Source: a virus (taxonomy: Duplodnaviria; Caudoviricetes). From it: 53,087 bases of DNA. Below are positions 1-7,843 of the stretch, in pieces. The first letter of the stretch is position 1; every line of letters starts with the position of its first letter. The stretch covers positions 1 through 53,087 of IMG/VR virus record IMGVR_UViG_3300025876_000027. One strand, 5' to 3'. A program made the translations under genes and the position numbers. The notes under the pieces were generated by a model that was not told the DNA's origin, made no database searches, and worked only from the letters and a program-made list of their open reading frames with translations.

Positions 1-1
1 A

Positions 2-271
2 GGAACATCTGACACTTTAGACCCAGAGGGTAACGCTTATACAGCAACAAGTATTGGCACAGAGACAATAAGCACTAGTGATCTTTCTGGGTTCACACCT
101 TTTGCTGATCTTACAAACGCTGATGTAGTCGCTTGGACTAAAGCAGCTATGGGTGCAGAGCAGGTTACATCTTTAGAGACAAATCTTGATAGTCAAATAG
201 CTTTAGAGATTACACCTGTTTCAGTAACACTTACTATTGGTGAGCCTGTACCACCCGCTGAAGAAGAATAA
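2..271 (+). CDS. 5'-truncated phage protein, probably the end of the tail-fibre region
   Basis: Open frame from the window edge (GTSDTLDPEGNAY...FTPFADLTNADVVAWTKAAMG...PPAEEE) to TAA at 269-271. Confidence 0.75.
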   Translation, partial: GTSDTLDPEGNAYTATSIGTETISTSDLSGFTPFADLTNADVVAWTKAAMGAEQVTSLETNLDSQIALEITPVSVTLTIGEPVPPAEEE

Positions 272-302
272 GTAAATTTATCGTAAAACGAGTAATAATA
301 AA
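272..302 (+). promoter_or_regulatory. Putative class II (middle/late) phage promoter
   Basis: GTAAAT-N13-AGTAATAATAAA; same spacing as five other sites at or near gene junctions. Confidence 0.55.
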
Positions 303-348
303 ACCATACCACAACGGTATAACCAATAATAACTAAAAACCAAAACCA

Positions 349-639
349 ATGACACTTTATTATCAAACCACTACATGGAATGGTCAACGTCAATATGACG
401 AAAACCAGATAAATATATGGAAACACATATCCGAAAAAAGCAACTGGAGAATTGTCCAGTTACCTAATGGGTTTTACCAAACTGAATATCAAGACCTTAA
501 TGACGATAGCAAGTGGATAGACACTACTAGACGTGAAACATTACAAGGTGCTGAAGAAGCAATTGATAAAACAGTCGAGCACTACAGTAAGAAAGTTGAA
601 TATAACAACGGACCCAAAGTAGTAAAGACCTTTAAATAA
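349..639 (+). CDS. Hypothetical protein
   Basis: 96-aa ORF with A-rich leader, first gene of the chaperonin operon. Confidence 0.75.
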   Translation: MTLYYQTTTWNGQRQYDENQINIWKHISEKSNWRIVQLPNGFYQTEYQDLNDDSKWIDTTRRETLQGAEEAIDKTVEHYSKKVEYNNGPKVVKTFK

Positions 640-667
640 AACAATAAATTAAATTAAATCAAATCAA

Positions 668-2227
668 ATGTCAGACAATATTGTCAAGAACCTTAACTTT
701 GGCGACGATGCTAGAGTTAATGTATTTAAAGGTATAGAGAAACTCACAAAAGCCGTTAGCTCCACTTTAGGGGCTAGCGGTAAATGTGTCATCTTAGAAG
801 ATGGATCAGGTAATCCAATGATTACAAAAGATGGTGTAACTGTAGCAGAAACAATTACTTTATTAGACCCAGTTGAAAACATGGGTGCTACGTTAATAAA
901 GCAAGCAGCTAAAAAAACAGTTCAAGAAGCTGGTGATGGTACAACCACAGCTACTGTATTAGCTCATGCGATATTAGAACAAGCGTATTCTATAGAAGAT
1001 AAAAACTTAAGTCATAGAGATTTAAAAATGGGTGTAAATAAAGCTGTAGAAAAAGTTATAGCTTATTTAGAGAAAAACTCAATAAAAGTTACTGGAGACA
1101 TGATAGACTCAGTAGCAACAATATCCACTAATAACGATCCAAATCTTGGTAAAATTATTGGTGATGCATTTAGAGCAGTCGGAGAAACCGGCGTAGTAAT
1201 GATGGAACCAACAGCATCAGCTGATACTTTGGTTGAAGTAGTAGAAGGAGTTCAATATGAAAAGGGATTGACTAATTCGAACTTTGTTACTAACCGTGAT
1301 TCAAAAACTGCTGAATTAGAAAACCCTTTAGTAATGTTAGTCGACTCTCCTGTAGAAAGTATAAGACAGATCCAATCGATTCTCGAGCATGTCATAAAAA
1401 GCAATAAAGCTTTATTGATTATAGCTGACGTAGAGCAACCCGTTTTGGCTGCACTTGCGATGAACAAAACTAAAGGAAATATTAAGGTGAATGTTATTAA
1501 TGCCCCAACATATGGTATTAATAAAAAAGACACCTTAGAAGACTTAGCCTTATTAACCGGGGCGAAAGTCATAAACGAAGACCTAGGTGATGATATGGAT
1601 TTAATATCTATTGATTTCTTAGGCACATGCGTAAAAGCTGTTACTAATGACTCAGAAACAATAATTCAAGTTAATCAAAACAAAGAAGAGATTGACGAGA
1701 TAATTGTAAAACTAAAGAAGCAAATAGAAAAAGAAAAAGCACCAGGAGAAGTAATACGATTAGAAAAACGATTAGCTCGTTTATCAGCAAAAGTTGCAAT
1801 CGTAAAAGTAGGTGCTAATTCAGATATAGAGCTTCAAGAAAAGTCAGATAGAATAGAAGATGCAATTTGCGCAACTAAAGCTGCTATTAAAGAAGGTATA
1901 GTTTCTGGTGGTGGTATTGCATTATTAAATGCAGCAGATAACATTAAGCCGTTGTCGATTGGTGAAGAGATCCTCTTAGAGGCTATTAAGGCGCCTTTTA
2001 AGACAATATTAAGTAATGCGGGTATAGTATTAACAATACCTGTTTCCGGTAAAGGAAAAGGCTTAAATGTAGTTACAGGAAAAATGGTAAATATGATTAA
2101 GTCAGGTATTATTGATCCATTGCTTGTTACTAAAAGTGCATTAAGAAATGCAACATCAGTAGCAACAACAATATTATCAACCGATTGTGTAATTAATAAT
2201 TTAAGAATTAATGAAGGCAATAGGTAA
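668..2227 (+). CDS. groEL: Chaperonin GroEL (phage-encoded)
   Basis: ITKDGVTVA, AGDGTTTATVLA, GIVSGGG, GIIDP motifs; no GGM tail. Confidence 0.97.
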   Translation: MSDNIVKNLNFGDDARVNVFKGIEKLTKAVSSTLGASGKCVILEDGSGNPMITKDGVTVAETITLLDPVENMGATLIKQAAKKTVQEAGDGTTTATVLAHAILEQAYSIEDKNLSHRDLKMGVNKAVEKVIAYLEKNSIKVTGDMIDSVATISTNNDPNLGKIIGDAFRAVGETGVVMMEPTASADTLVEVVEGVQYEKGLTNSNFVTNRDSKTAELENPLVMLVDSPVESIRQIQSILEHVIKSNKALLIIADVEQPVLAALAMNKTKGNIKVNVINAPTYGINKKDTLEDLALLTGAKVINEDLGDDMDLISIDFLGTCVKAVTNDSETIIQVNQNKEEIDEIIVKLKKQIEKEKAPGEVIRLEKRLARLSAKVAIVKVGANSDIELQEKSDRIEDAICATKAAIKEGIVSGGGIALLNAADNIKPLSIGEEILLEAIKAPFKTILSNAGIVLTIPVSGKGKGLNVVTGKMVNMIKSGIIDPLLVTKSALRNATSVATTILSTDCVINNLRINEGNR

Positions 2228-2471
2228 AAATTTAATCATAGAAAAAATAAAAGAAGGAACTACTAAAACAAAAGGTGGTTTACTTCTTGCAGAAGCGCAC
2301 AAAGAAGACGTAAGATATTTAGAGGCTAAGGTGTTAAATGTAGGAGATGATATTATAGGTATAAAACCAGATGATATTATATTTTATGATAGACACGCAG
2401 GTCACTTGATAGAAATAGGTAAAAACTCTTATCATGTTATTAAATTACAAGATATAGTTGTTGTTTTATGA
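2211..2471 (+). CDS. groES: Co-chaperonin GroES
   Basis: KTKGGLLL mobile loop, VLNVG, DIVVV ending; overlaps the groEL stop. Confidence 0.88.
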   Translation: MKAIGKNLIIEKIKEGTTKTKGGLLLAEAHKEDVRYLEAKVLNVGDDIIGIKPDDIIFYDRHAGHLIEIGKNSYHVIKLQDIVVVL

Positions 2472-2914
2472 GAAAGCTAGAGGCAAGAGATGTCAAAGAC
2501 ATGGGCTTGTTAAAACATTATCGTATAATACGTAAATGGGCTTGTAAAAACAACAATGTTAATGATGCTGATTTAGAATTATTAATTTATTTCGACTGCA
2601 TGGGACATTTTACCAAGCAGGATTTTAAGACAGGTACATACTCATATAGTTGGGACAATAGAAGATGGAACAGGCTTTTGAAAGAAGGTTGGATTATTGT
2701 TTGGAGAAATCGTAATCATACAACTCAAAAATATAATATTTATGAGGTTTCATTTAAATGTAAACAACTTATTTCCAGGATGTATCGAATAATGCTAGGT
2801 GAGGATGATATACCTACTAGTGAAAGAAGAAATAAATTAATAGCTGGTAATTCATATACTGACAAAGTTTTGACTGAGGCTATATATAATGTAAATAAAG
2901 ATAAAACAAGATAA
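2468..2914 (+). CDS. Putative winged-helix DNA-binding protein
   Basis: ELLIYF...FTKQDF...RLLKEGWI...YEVS pattern resembles MarR-like wHTH. Confidence 0.5.
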   Translation: MRKLEARDVKDMGLLKHYRIIRKWACKNNNVNDADLELLIYFDCMGHFTKQDFKTGTYSYSWDNRRWNRLLKEGWIIVWRNRNHTTQKYNIYEVSFKCKQLISRMYRIMLGEDDIPTSERRNKLIAGNSYTDKVLTEAIYNVNKDKTR

Positions 2915-2916
2915 TC

Positions 2917-3198
2917 ATGAAAGAATCTCCAAATAAAATAGTTCAAGCTCCATTAGCTACAGATCCATTTGGTCAAATAAATACTGGAAGCTTTAATCCA
3001 AATGCTCAAATGGCAGCACAACAAATTTATGGTAGTGAATACGATAGAACAATGGCTATGCCTTCTCGTGGTTTAACTCCAGAGCAAGTTATGGCTAATA
3101 CTCCTTTATCAATGATGGGTTCTCCTTTAGATAAAGCTTTAGTTGGAGACCAAGATAAATTACCTCAAGAACTTCAAGACGCTATTGAAAACTCTTAA
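2917..3198 (+). CDS. Hypothetical low-complexity protein
   Basis: 93-aa ORF in a tight operon; SP/TP motifs. Confidence 0.7.
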   Translation: MKESPNKIVQAPLATDPFGQINTGSFNPNAQMAAQQIYGSEYDRTMAMPSRGLTPEQVMANTPLSMMGSPLDKALVGDQDKLPQELQDAIENS

Positions 3199-3214
3199 TA
3201 ATAAATAAATAATA

Positions 3215-3406
3215 ATGGCAAAAACAAAAAACGCTGATTACAACTCCGAGGGAGATGTTGGTCAAAACACAATTTGGGATGGACCACTTAGTCAAGTTGG
3301 TCGTCCACATGGTAAAGGAAGTAGTTCTGGAATTACAGGTATGAAGCTTAAGTTAGCTGCAACACCTTATTCAGCTGGACCTATTACTGCTAAAGCACAA
3401 AAGTAA
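3215..3406 (+). CDS. Small Gly/Lys-rich hypothetical protein
   Basis: 63-aa ORF with AAT-rich leader. Confidence 0.7.
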   Translation: MAKTKNADYNSEGDVGQNTIWDGPLSQVGRPHGKGSSSGITGMKLKLAATPYSAGPITAKAQK

Positions 3407-3417
3407 AAAAACATAAT

Positions 3418-3957
3418 ATGCCGGATAAAAATAAAATATCTAAAAAAGATAAAAAGAAATATCCATATATTGAGGCTTACGCTAAAGAAGGCATTGCTCC
3501 TTCTGATTATAAAAACGTAATAAAGTCTGGAACTTTTAATCCCAGAACAGATACCGCTGTTGTGGCTGAAGGTAAATACACAAAAGATCACAGAAGATTT
3601 AAAGATCTTTTTCAAAAAAGAATAGATAAAAAAGTAAATAATAATTTTACAGAAGCTGTTTCAAGTAGTGATAATGTAAAAAACACAACTAAACTAAGTG
3701 GATATCGTGATGATCCTTTTGTTAAAAAATCTGAATTTGGTCCTATTAGTGTTAATAGAAAATCTCCAGGTATAGAGTCAGATGTTTATGTTAGGTCTTT
3801 CAAAAAATCAACAACTCCTTTATATGCTAAAATATCTGATAGCTGTAAAGCAGCCGCAAAACGTAAGTTTAAAGTATGGCCTAGCGCTTATGCTTCTGGC
3901 TGGGGTGTACGCTGCACTAAAGCTGGTGGACCTAGTAATTTTGGTAGTAAAAAATAA
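3418..3957 (+). CDS. Basic hypothetical protein with C-terminal KVWPSAYASG motif
   Basis: 179-aa ORF; stop overlaps the next start. Confidence 0.75.
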   Translation: MPDKNKISKKDKKKYPYIEAYAKEGIAPSDYKNVIKSGTFNPRTDTAVVAEGKYTKDHRRFKDLFQKRIDKKVNNNFTEAVSSSDNVKNTTKLSGYRDDPFVKKSEFGPISVNRKSPGIESDVYVRSFKKSTTPLYAKISDSCKAAAKRKFKVWPSAYASGWGVRCTKAGGPSNFGSKK

Positions 3958-4496
3958 TGTCTTTATTAAAAAACTTTGAATATGATAAGTTTAAAAAAGA
4001 CAAACTACCAAAAGAAAATTCTTTAGAGACTTTTAAGGAAATAAAAGAAATACATAGAATACCTGAAAACAAAAAATTTGTAAAAGATAATGATGACGTT
4101 ACAAAAGTTTTTACTAAAATTGTAGGTAAAGAAAATAAAAAATACATACAAGAACTACTAGATTCATCAAGACCTATAATAGTTAATTTAAAAAAATACT
4201 ACAATAGACCAAGACCAAAAGTTTTAGCAAAAAACTTCGATGTAAAATTAAAAGACATAGAGCTAGATTCTATGAAAACTCCGTCATATCCATCTGGACA
4301 TTCTACTCAAGGTTATTTAGTAGCTGAAATGTTAAAAACAAAATATCCGGAGCAAGCAAAACAGCTTGATCAAAAAGCAAAAGATATATCTGATAGTAGA
4401 AACATAGCTAAGGCACATTACAAATCAGATTCAAGAAAAGGTAAGGAGCTAGGTTTAGAAATGGCAAACTTCATAAAACAAAAACAAAATGGCTAA
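3957..4496 (+). CDS. PAP2-superfamily acid phosphatase/haloperoxidase-like protein
   Basis: K-x3-NRPRP, PSYPSGH and SR-x5-HY-x-SD: the three PAP2 motifs. Confidence 0.88.
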   Translation: MSLLKNFEYDKFKKDKLPKENSLETFKEIKEIHRIPENKKFVKDNDDVTKVFTKIVGKENKKYIQELLDSSRPIIVNLKKYYNRPRPKVLAKNFDVKLKDIELDSMKTPSYPSGHSTQGYLVAEMLKTKYPEQAKQLDQKAKDISDSRNIAKAHYKSDSRKGKELGLEMANFIKQKQNG

Positions 4497-4740
4497 AAGC
4501 AAAGTAAAAGGTGGAGGCACCAAGAAAGTGTGCTTGCCGCTAGCTAAAGTTAGAGGCATGAGTAAAGCTCAAAAAGACAAAGTTGTAAGAGCTAAAGAAT
4601 CAGCCGGTAGATCTGGCAAATACAAAAGATCAAGTTCTACTAATGTTAAAGGCGCTAGAAAAAAAGGTGCTACACTTAGAGACTGGTTTGAAAAAGAGAA
4701 TTGGGTAAATGTTAAAACAGGTAAGCCCTGTGGTGAATAA
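4489..4740 (+). CDS. Small basic protein
   Basis: 83 aa, Lys/Arg-rich, LRDWFEKENW...PCG. Confidence 0.75.
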   Translation: MAKSKVKGGGTKKVCLPLAKVRGMSKAQKDKVVRAKESAGRSGKYKRSSSTNVKGARKKGATLRDWFEKENWVNVKTGKPCGE

Positions 4741-4748
4741 ATAATATT

Positions 4749-5024
4749 ATGTCAGTAAGATTAGTAAAAGCAAATATGGCTTGTAATAAGCCAAAGAAAA
4801 CAACTTCACATCCTAAAAAGTCTCACGTTGTAAAAGCATGTGCTAATGGTAAAGAAAAGATTATACGTTTTGGCGAGCAAGGAGCTAGTACAGCTGGTAA
4901 GCCAAAATCTGGAGAGTCTGCTAAAATGAAAGCTAAAAGAAAATCCTTTAAAGCCCGTCATGGAAAAAACATAGCAAAAGGCAAAATGTCTGCTGCTTAT
5001 TGGGCCGATAAGGTTAAATGGTAA
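4749..5024 (+). CDS. Small basic viral protein
   Basis: IIRFGEQG...RKSFKARH...SAAYWADKVKW. Confidence 0.8.
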   Translation: MSVRLVKANMACNKPKKTTSHPKKSHVVKACANGKEKIIRFGEQGASTAGKPKSGESAKMKAKRKSFKARHGKNIAKGKMSAAYWADKVKW

Positions 5025-5049
5025 ATAACAAAAATAATAATAAGAAATA

Positions 5050-5820
5050 ATGCCGGAAAAAGAAAAAAACGGAAAATTAAAAAAACTTGGTAGAGTTTTA
5101 TCAGGTAAAGATTATGTACTTGGAAATGAAAGAGTTGCGAAAATTGCCAATAAAAAAGCCAAAAAAATTATTGACAGAAAGGGAGGGGCAAATGCAAATA
5201 GAGATGTACTTGACAAACGCGCAGATATCGCAGGCGAAAAAAACAAGTACATGTTGAAATCTAAACTACGTAGTGACGTTGGTGAAATTAAAACAAGAGA
5301 AACGTCTTCTGGAAAAGCAAAAAATTACTCTTATCCAACAAAATATGAATCAAATTCATCTGGAAAAATTGTAGAATCACCAAAAAAAGCTAGACTTCAA
5401 AAAATAATTAAAAACCCAAAAGAATTAGTTAAACCTCAATCAACATTAAAAATGAAAAACGCACCTTTGAAAAAATCAAAACAAAGAATAGAGCAAGATT
5501 ACGCTAGAAACGCTATTGCTGACTATGAGTCTGGTAATAAAAAAGCAGCTAAATACGAAAAGAAAAGAGAACTAGAAGTTGCTGCTGGTGAAGGACCTAA
5601 AATGATGAAATCACCAATGAAGTTGGAATCTGCTGCTCAAGAGAAAAAAGATCTTATGATGGATATGCCAGTAGACGAAAGAGCTGCTGCTAAAATGATG
5701 AAGTCTCCTAATAAAATGGCTGGTGAGTCTCCAATGAAAATGGGTGGATCTTGGATGTCTAAGCACTCTGCTCTTAAAATGATGAAGCCATCTCCAGCAA
5801 AACTTTATAAGAAAAAGTAA
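5050..5820 (+). CDS. Lys-rich protein with KMMKSPxK repeats (possible internal virion/DNA-binding protein)
   Basis: Repeats KMMKSPMK, KMMKSPNK, ESPMKM, KMMKPSPAK. Confidence 0.7.
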   Translation: MPEKEKNGKLKKLGRVLSGKDYVLGNERVAKIANKKAKKIIDRKGGANANRDVLDKRADIAGEKNKYMLKSKLRSDVGEIKTRETSSGKAKNYSYPTKYESNSSGKIVESPKKARLQKIIKNPKELVKPQSTLKMKNAPLKKSKQRIEQDYARNAIADYESGNKKAAKYEKKRELEVAAGEGPKMMKSPMKLESAAQEKKDLMMDMPVDERAAAKMMKSPNKMAGESPMKMGGSWMSKHSALKMMKPSPAKLYKKK

Positions 5821-5821
5821 T

Positions 5822-6127
5822 ATGGCTTTTAAAATGGATTCACCTATTTGCACTTGCAATACACCTATATACGAGAGAAATCTTGAAGAAGGTGTAATGG
5901 GAGAGGCTAATAATAATGGAACTATTTTAGTTAACAAAAACCTATCTCCATTAGAGAAACAAAAAGTTGTAGACCATGAAATGGTTCACATTGATCAAAT
6001 GGAAAGAGGCGATCTTGATTACGATAATAATAATGTTTACTGGAAAGGTAAAAAGTACTCAAGAGCTTCTATGGTTGAAGGGGCAAAGAATTTGCCTTGG
6101 GAAAAAGAAGCATATAGAAAAGCATGA
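5822..6127 (+). CDS. Small zincin-like metallopeptidase
   Basis: HEMVH motif plus downstream PWEKEAY. Confidence 0.7.
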   Translation: MAFKMDSPICTCNTPIYERNLEEGVMGEANNNGTILVNKNLSPLEKQKVVDHEMVHIDQMERGDLDYDNNNVYWKGKKYSRASMVEGAKNLPWEKEAYRKA

Positions 6128-6528
6128 GTAAGTTATTACAATTGTTAAGTGGCGGCGTAGTCAAACAAGTTGGCGAAGTGTTAGATAATTTAACAACATC
6201 AAAAGAAGAAAAGCTAAATGCTCAAAAAGCTATTAAAGAAATACTTTTAAAAGCAGATAGCGAAGCTCAACAACAAGTTACCAAAAGATGGGACTCAGAT
6301 ATGAAGTCTGATAGTTTTTTATCAAAAAACATACGACCATTGATTATTGTATATTTAACAGTTATCTTTACAGCGTGTGCTTTCTTTGACGGTAACATAG
6401 GTGGTTTTAATATAGAACCAACCTATATACCTATCTTTCAATCACTACTAGTAACCGTGTACGGTGCATACTTTGTTGGTAGGACATGGGAAAAAGGTAA
6501 AAATATAGGTAATAATAAAAACAAATGA
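6124..6528 (+). CDS. Holin-like protein (GTA 3TM-holin type)
   Basis: SDSFLSKNIRP, hydrophobic helices, YFVGRTWEK. Confidence 0.7.
   Translation: MSKLLQLLSGGVVKQVGEVLDNLTTSKEEKLNAQKAIKEILLKADSEAQQQVTKRWDSDMKSDSFLSKNIRPLIIVYLTVIFTACAFFDGNIGGFNIEPTYIPIFQSLLVTVYGAYFVGRTWEKGKNIGNNKNK
6489..6519 (+). promoter_or_regulatory. Putative class II promoter
   Basis: GGAAAA-N13-GGTAATAATAAA upstream of the packaging/head operon. Confidence 0.4.
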
Positions 6529-6548
6529 AAACAATTAAATTAAATCAA

Positions 6549-6797
6549 ATGGAAGAAAATAGCAAAATAACCCCGGAAGAGCTTAAGCAAGTGACTGAGC
6601 TTAATAACAAAATGGTACAGATTCAAGGAGAAATTGGTGCTGGTGAATTGCGTAAAGCAGATCTAGTAACAATGTTCGCTGAAGAGTCTAAGCAAATGGA
6701 AGTTATTAAAAAGGAGCTTGAAGACAAATATGGTAAGGTTAACATCGATTTAAAAGATGGATCTTATGAGCTAATTCCTGAGGAAGAAAATGACTAA
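6549..6797 (+). CDS. Coiled-coil hypothetical protein
   Basis: Start moved to MEENSK, after the AATTAAATTAAATCAA leader (near-identical to the groEL leader). Confidence 0.75.
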   Translation: MEENSKITPEELKQVTELNNKMVQIQGEIGAGELRKADLVTMFAEESKQMEVIKKELEDKYGKVNIDLKDGSYELIPEEEND

Positions 6798-7017
6798 TGT
6801 AATCAGAAAAATAAGTATAGGTTCTGATTATAAAAACGATGCAATGCACTATGCAGTAGGTCAACAAGTATATGGGGGACATGAAATCTCTCATATACTA
6901 CATGACGAAGAAAATGATTCATATAGTATTCACATCAAGAAAAAAGATGAAGTAATACCTTGGAAAAAGTTCAACTGCAACATGGCTGTATCAATTGAGT
7001 ATGATTTAGAGTACTAA
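6790..7017 (+). CDS. Hypothetical protein
   Basis: 75-aa translationally coupled ORF. Confidence 0.75.
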   Translation: MTNVIRKISIGSDYKNDAMHYAVGQQVYGGHEISHILHDEENDSYSIHIKKKDEVIPWKKFNCNMAVSIEYDLEY

Positions 7018-7623
7018 ATGAAAAGCCTATTTGATTTTATTGTAGAGCCATTAAACAGCCAATACAATAATGAAATAAAAGTAGGTGACAAAAGCCTCGT
7101 AACTAACGTTGATTTAGATAATTTTAGATCAGTTAGTAATATGGCCAAAGTTATTTCAACACCAATTGCTTATAAAACAAATATATCTAAAGGTGATATT
7201 GTGGTTATACACCATAATGTTTTTAGAACATTTAGAGATATAAGAGGTAAGCAAAAAACAAGTAGATCAAAGTTTACAGAAAATTTATATTTTGTTGCAA
7301 TGGACCAAGTCTATATGTACAAAAACAAAGAAAAGTGGAATACAATTAACAATAGATGTTTTGTAAAACCACTTGTAAGTAATAATGATCTAACGTTAGA
7401 TAAAGAACGCGAGCTTATTGGTATATTAAAATACGGTAATAGTTCCTTAGAAGCTCTTAAAATCACTCCAGGAGATGTAGTTGGTTACACACCAGATGGT
7501 GAGTATGAATTTTTCATAAACGAAGAGCGATTATATTGTATGAAATCAAATGATATTGTAATTAAATATGAACACCAAGGAGACGAAGTTGAATATAATC
7601 CGAGCTGGGCGAAAAGCAGTTGA
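7018..7623 (+). CDS. GroES-like protein with two tandem domains
   Basis: Two units of F(I)V(E/K)PL...GD(I/V)V; the second ends EYEFFINEERLYCMKSNDIV. Confidence 0.6.
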   Translation: MKSLFDFIVEPLNSQYNNEIKVGDKSLVTNVDLDNFRSVSNMAKVISTPIAYKTNISKGDIVVIHHNVFRTFRDIRGKQKTSRSKFTENLYFVAMDQVYMYKNKEKWNTINNRCFVKPLVSNNDLTLDKERELIGILKYGNSSLEALKITPGDVVGYTPDGEYEFFINEERLYCMKSNDIVIKYEHQGDEVEYNPSWAKSS

Positions 7624-7843
7624 GGAATTAATCAAGGTGGCAGAAGAAAAGATCGTTGACTCAGGGGATGATATATCAGCTGACAGACTTAAAAATGCCG
7701 CTGCAACAAAAAAACTAGCAATATTTGATGCTTTTGAAATTCTTACAAGAATACAAACTGAAGAAGATTTATTAAACGAAAAACCAACAGAGGTTGTTAA
7801 AGAAAAAATCTTTAAAGGTTTTGCTGAAGGAAGATCAAAGTAA
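7568..7843 (+). CDS. Putative terminase small subunit
   Basis: Helical 91-aa protein directly before terL. Confidence 0.55.
   Translation: MNTKETKLNIIRAGRKAVEELIKVAEEKIVDSGDDISADRLKNAAATKKLAIFDAFEILTRIQTEEDLLNEKPTEVVKEKIFKGFAEGRSK

Noticed and set aside
664-2220. Antisense and alternate-frame ORFs inside long genes (e.g. 1252..1626, 8165..8668, 30859..31326, 35441..35803, 43092..43526)
   Set aside because: Shadows of well-supported genes, with no motifs or leaders
2891-2920. Extra class II promoter GTAAAT-N13-GATAAT
   Set aside because: Mismatch in the core box and it abuts the ATG; could be chance in AT-rich DNA
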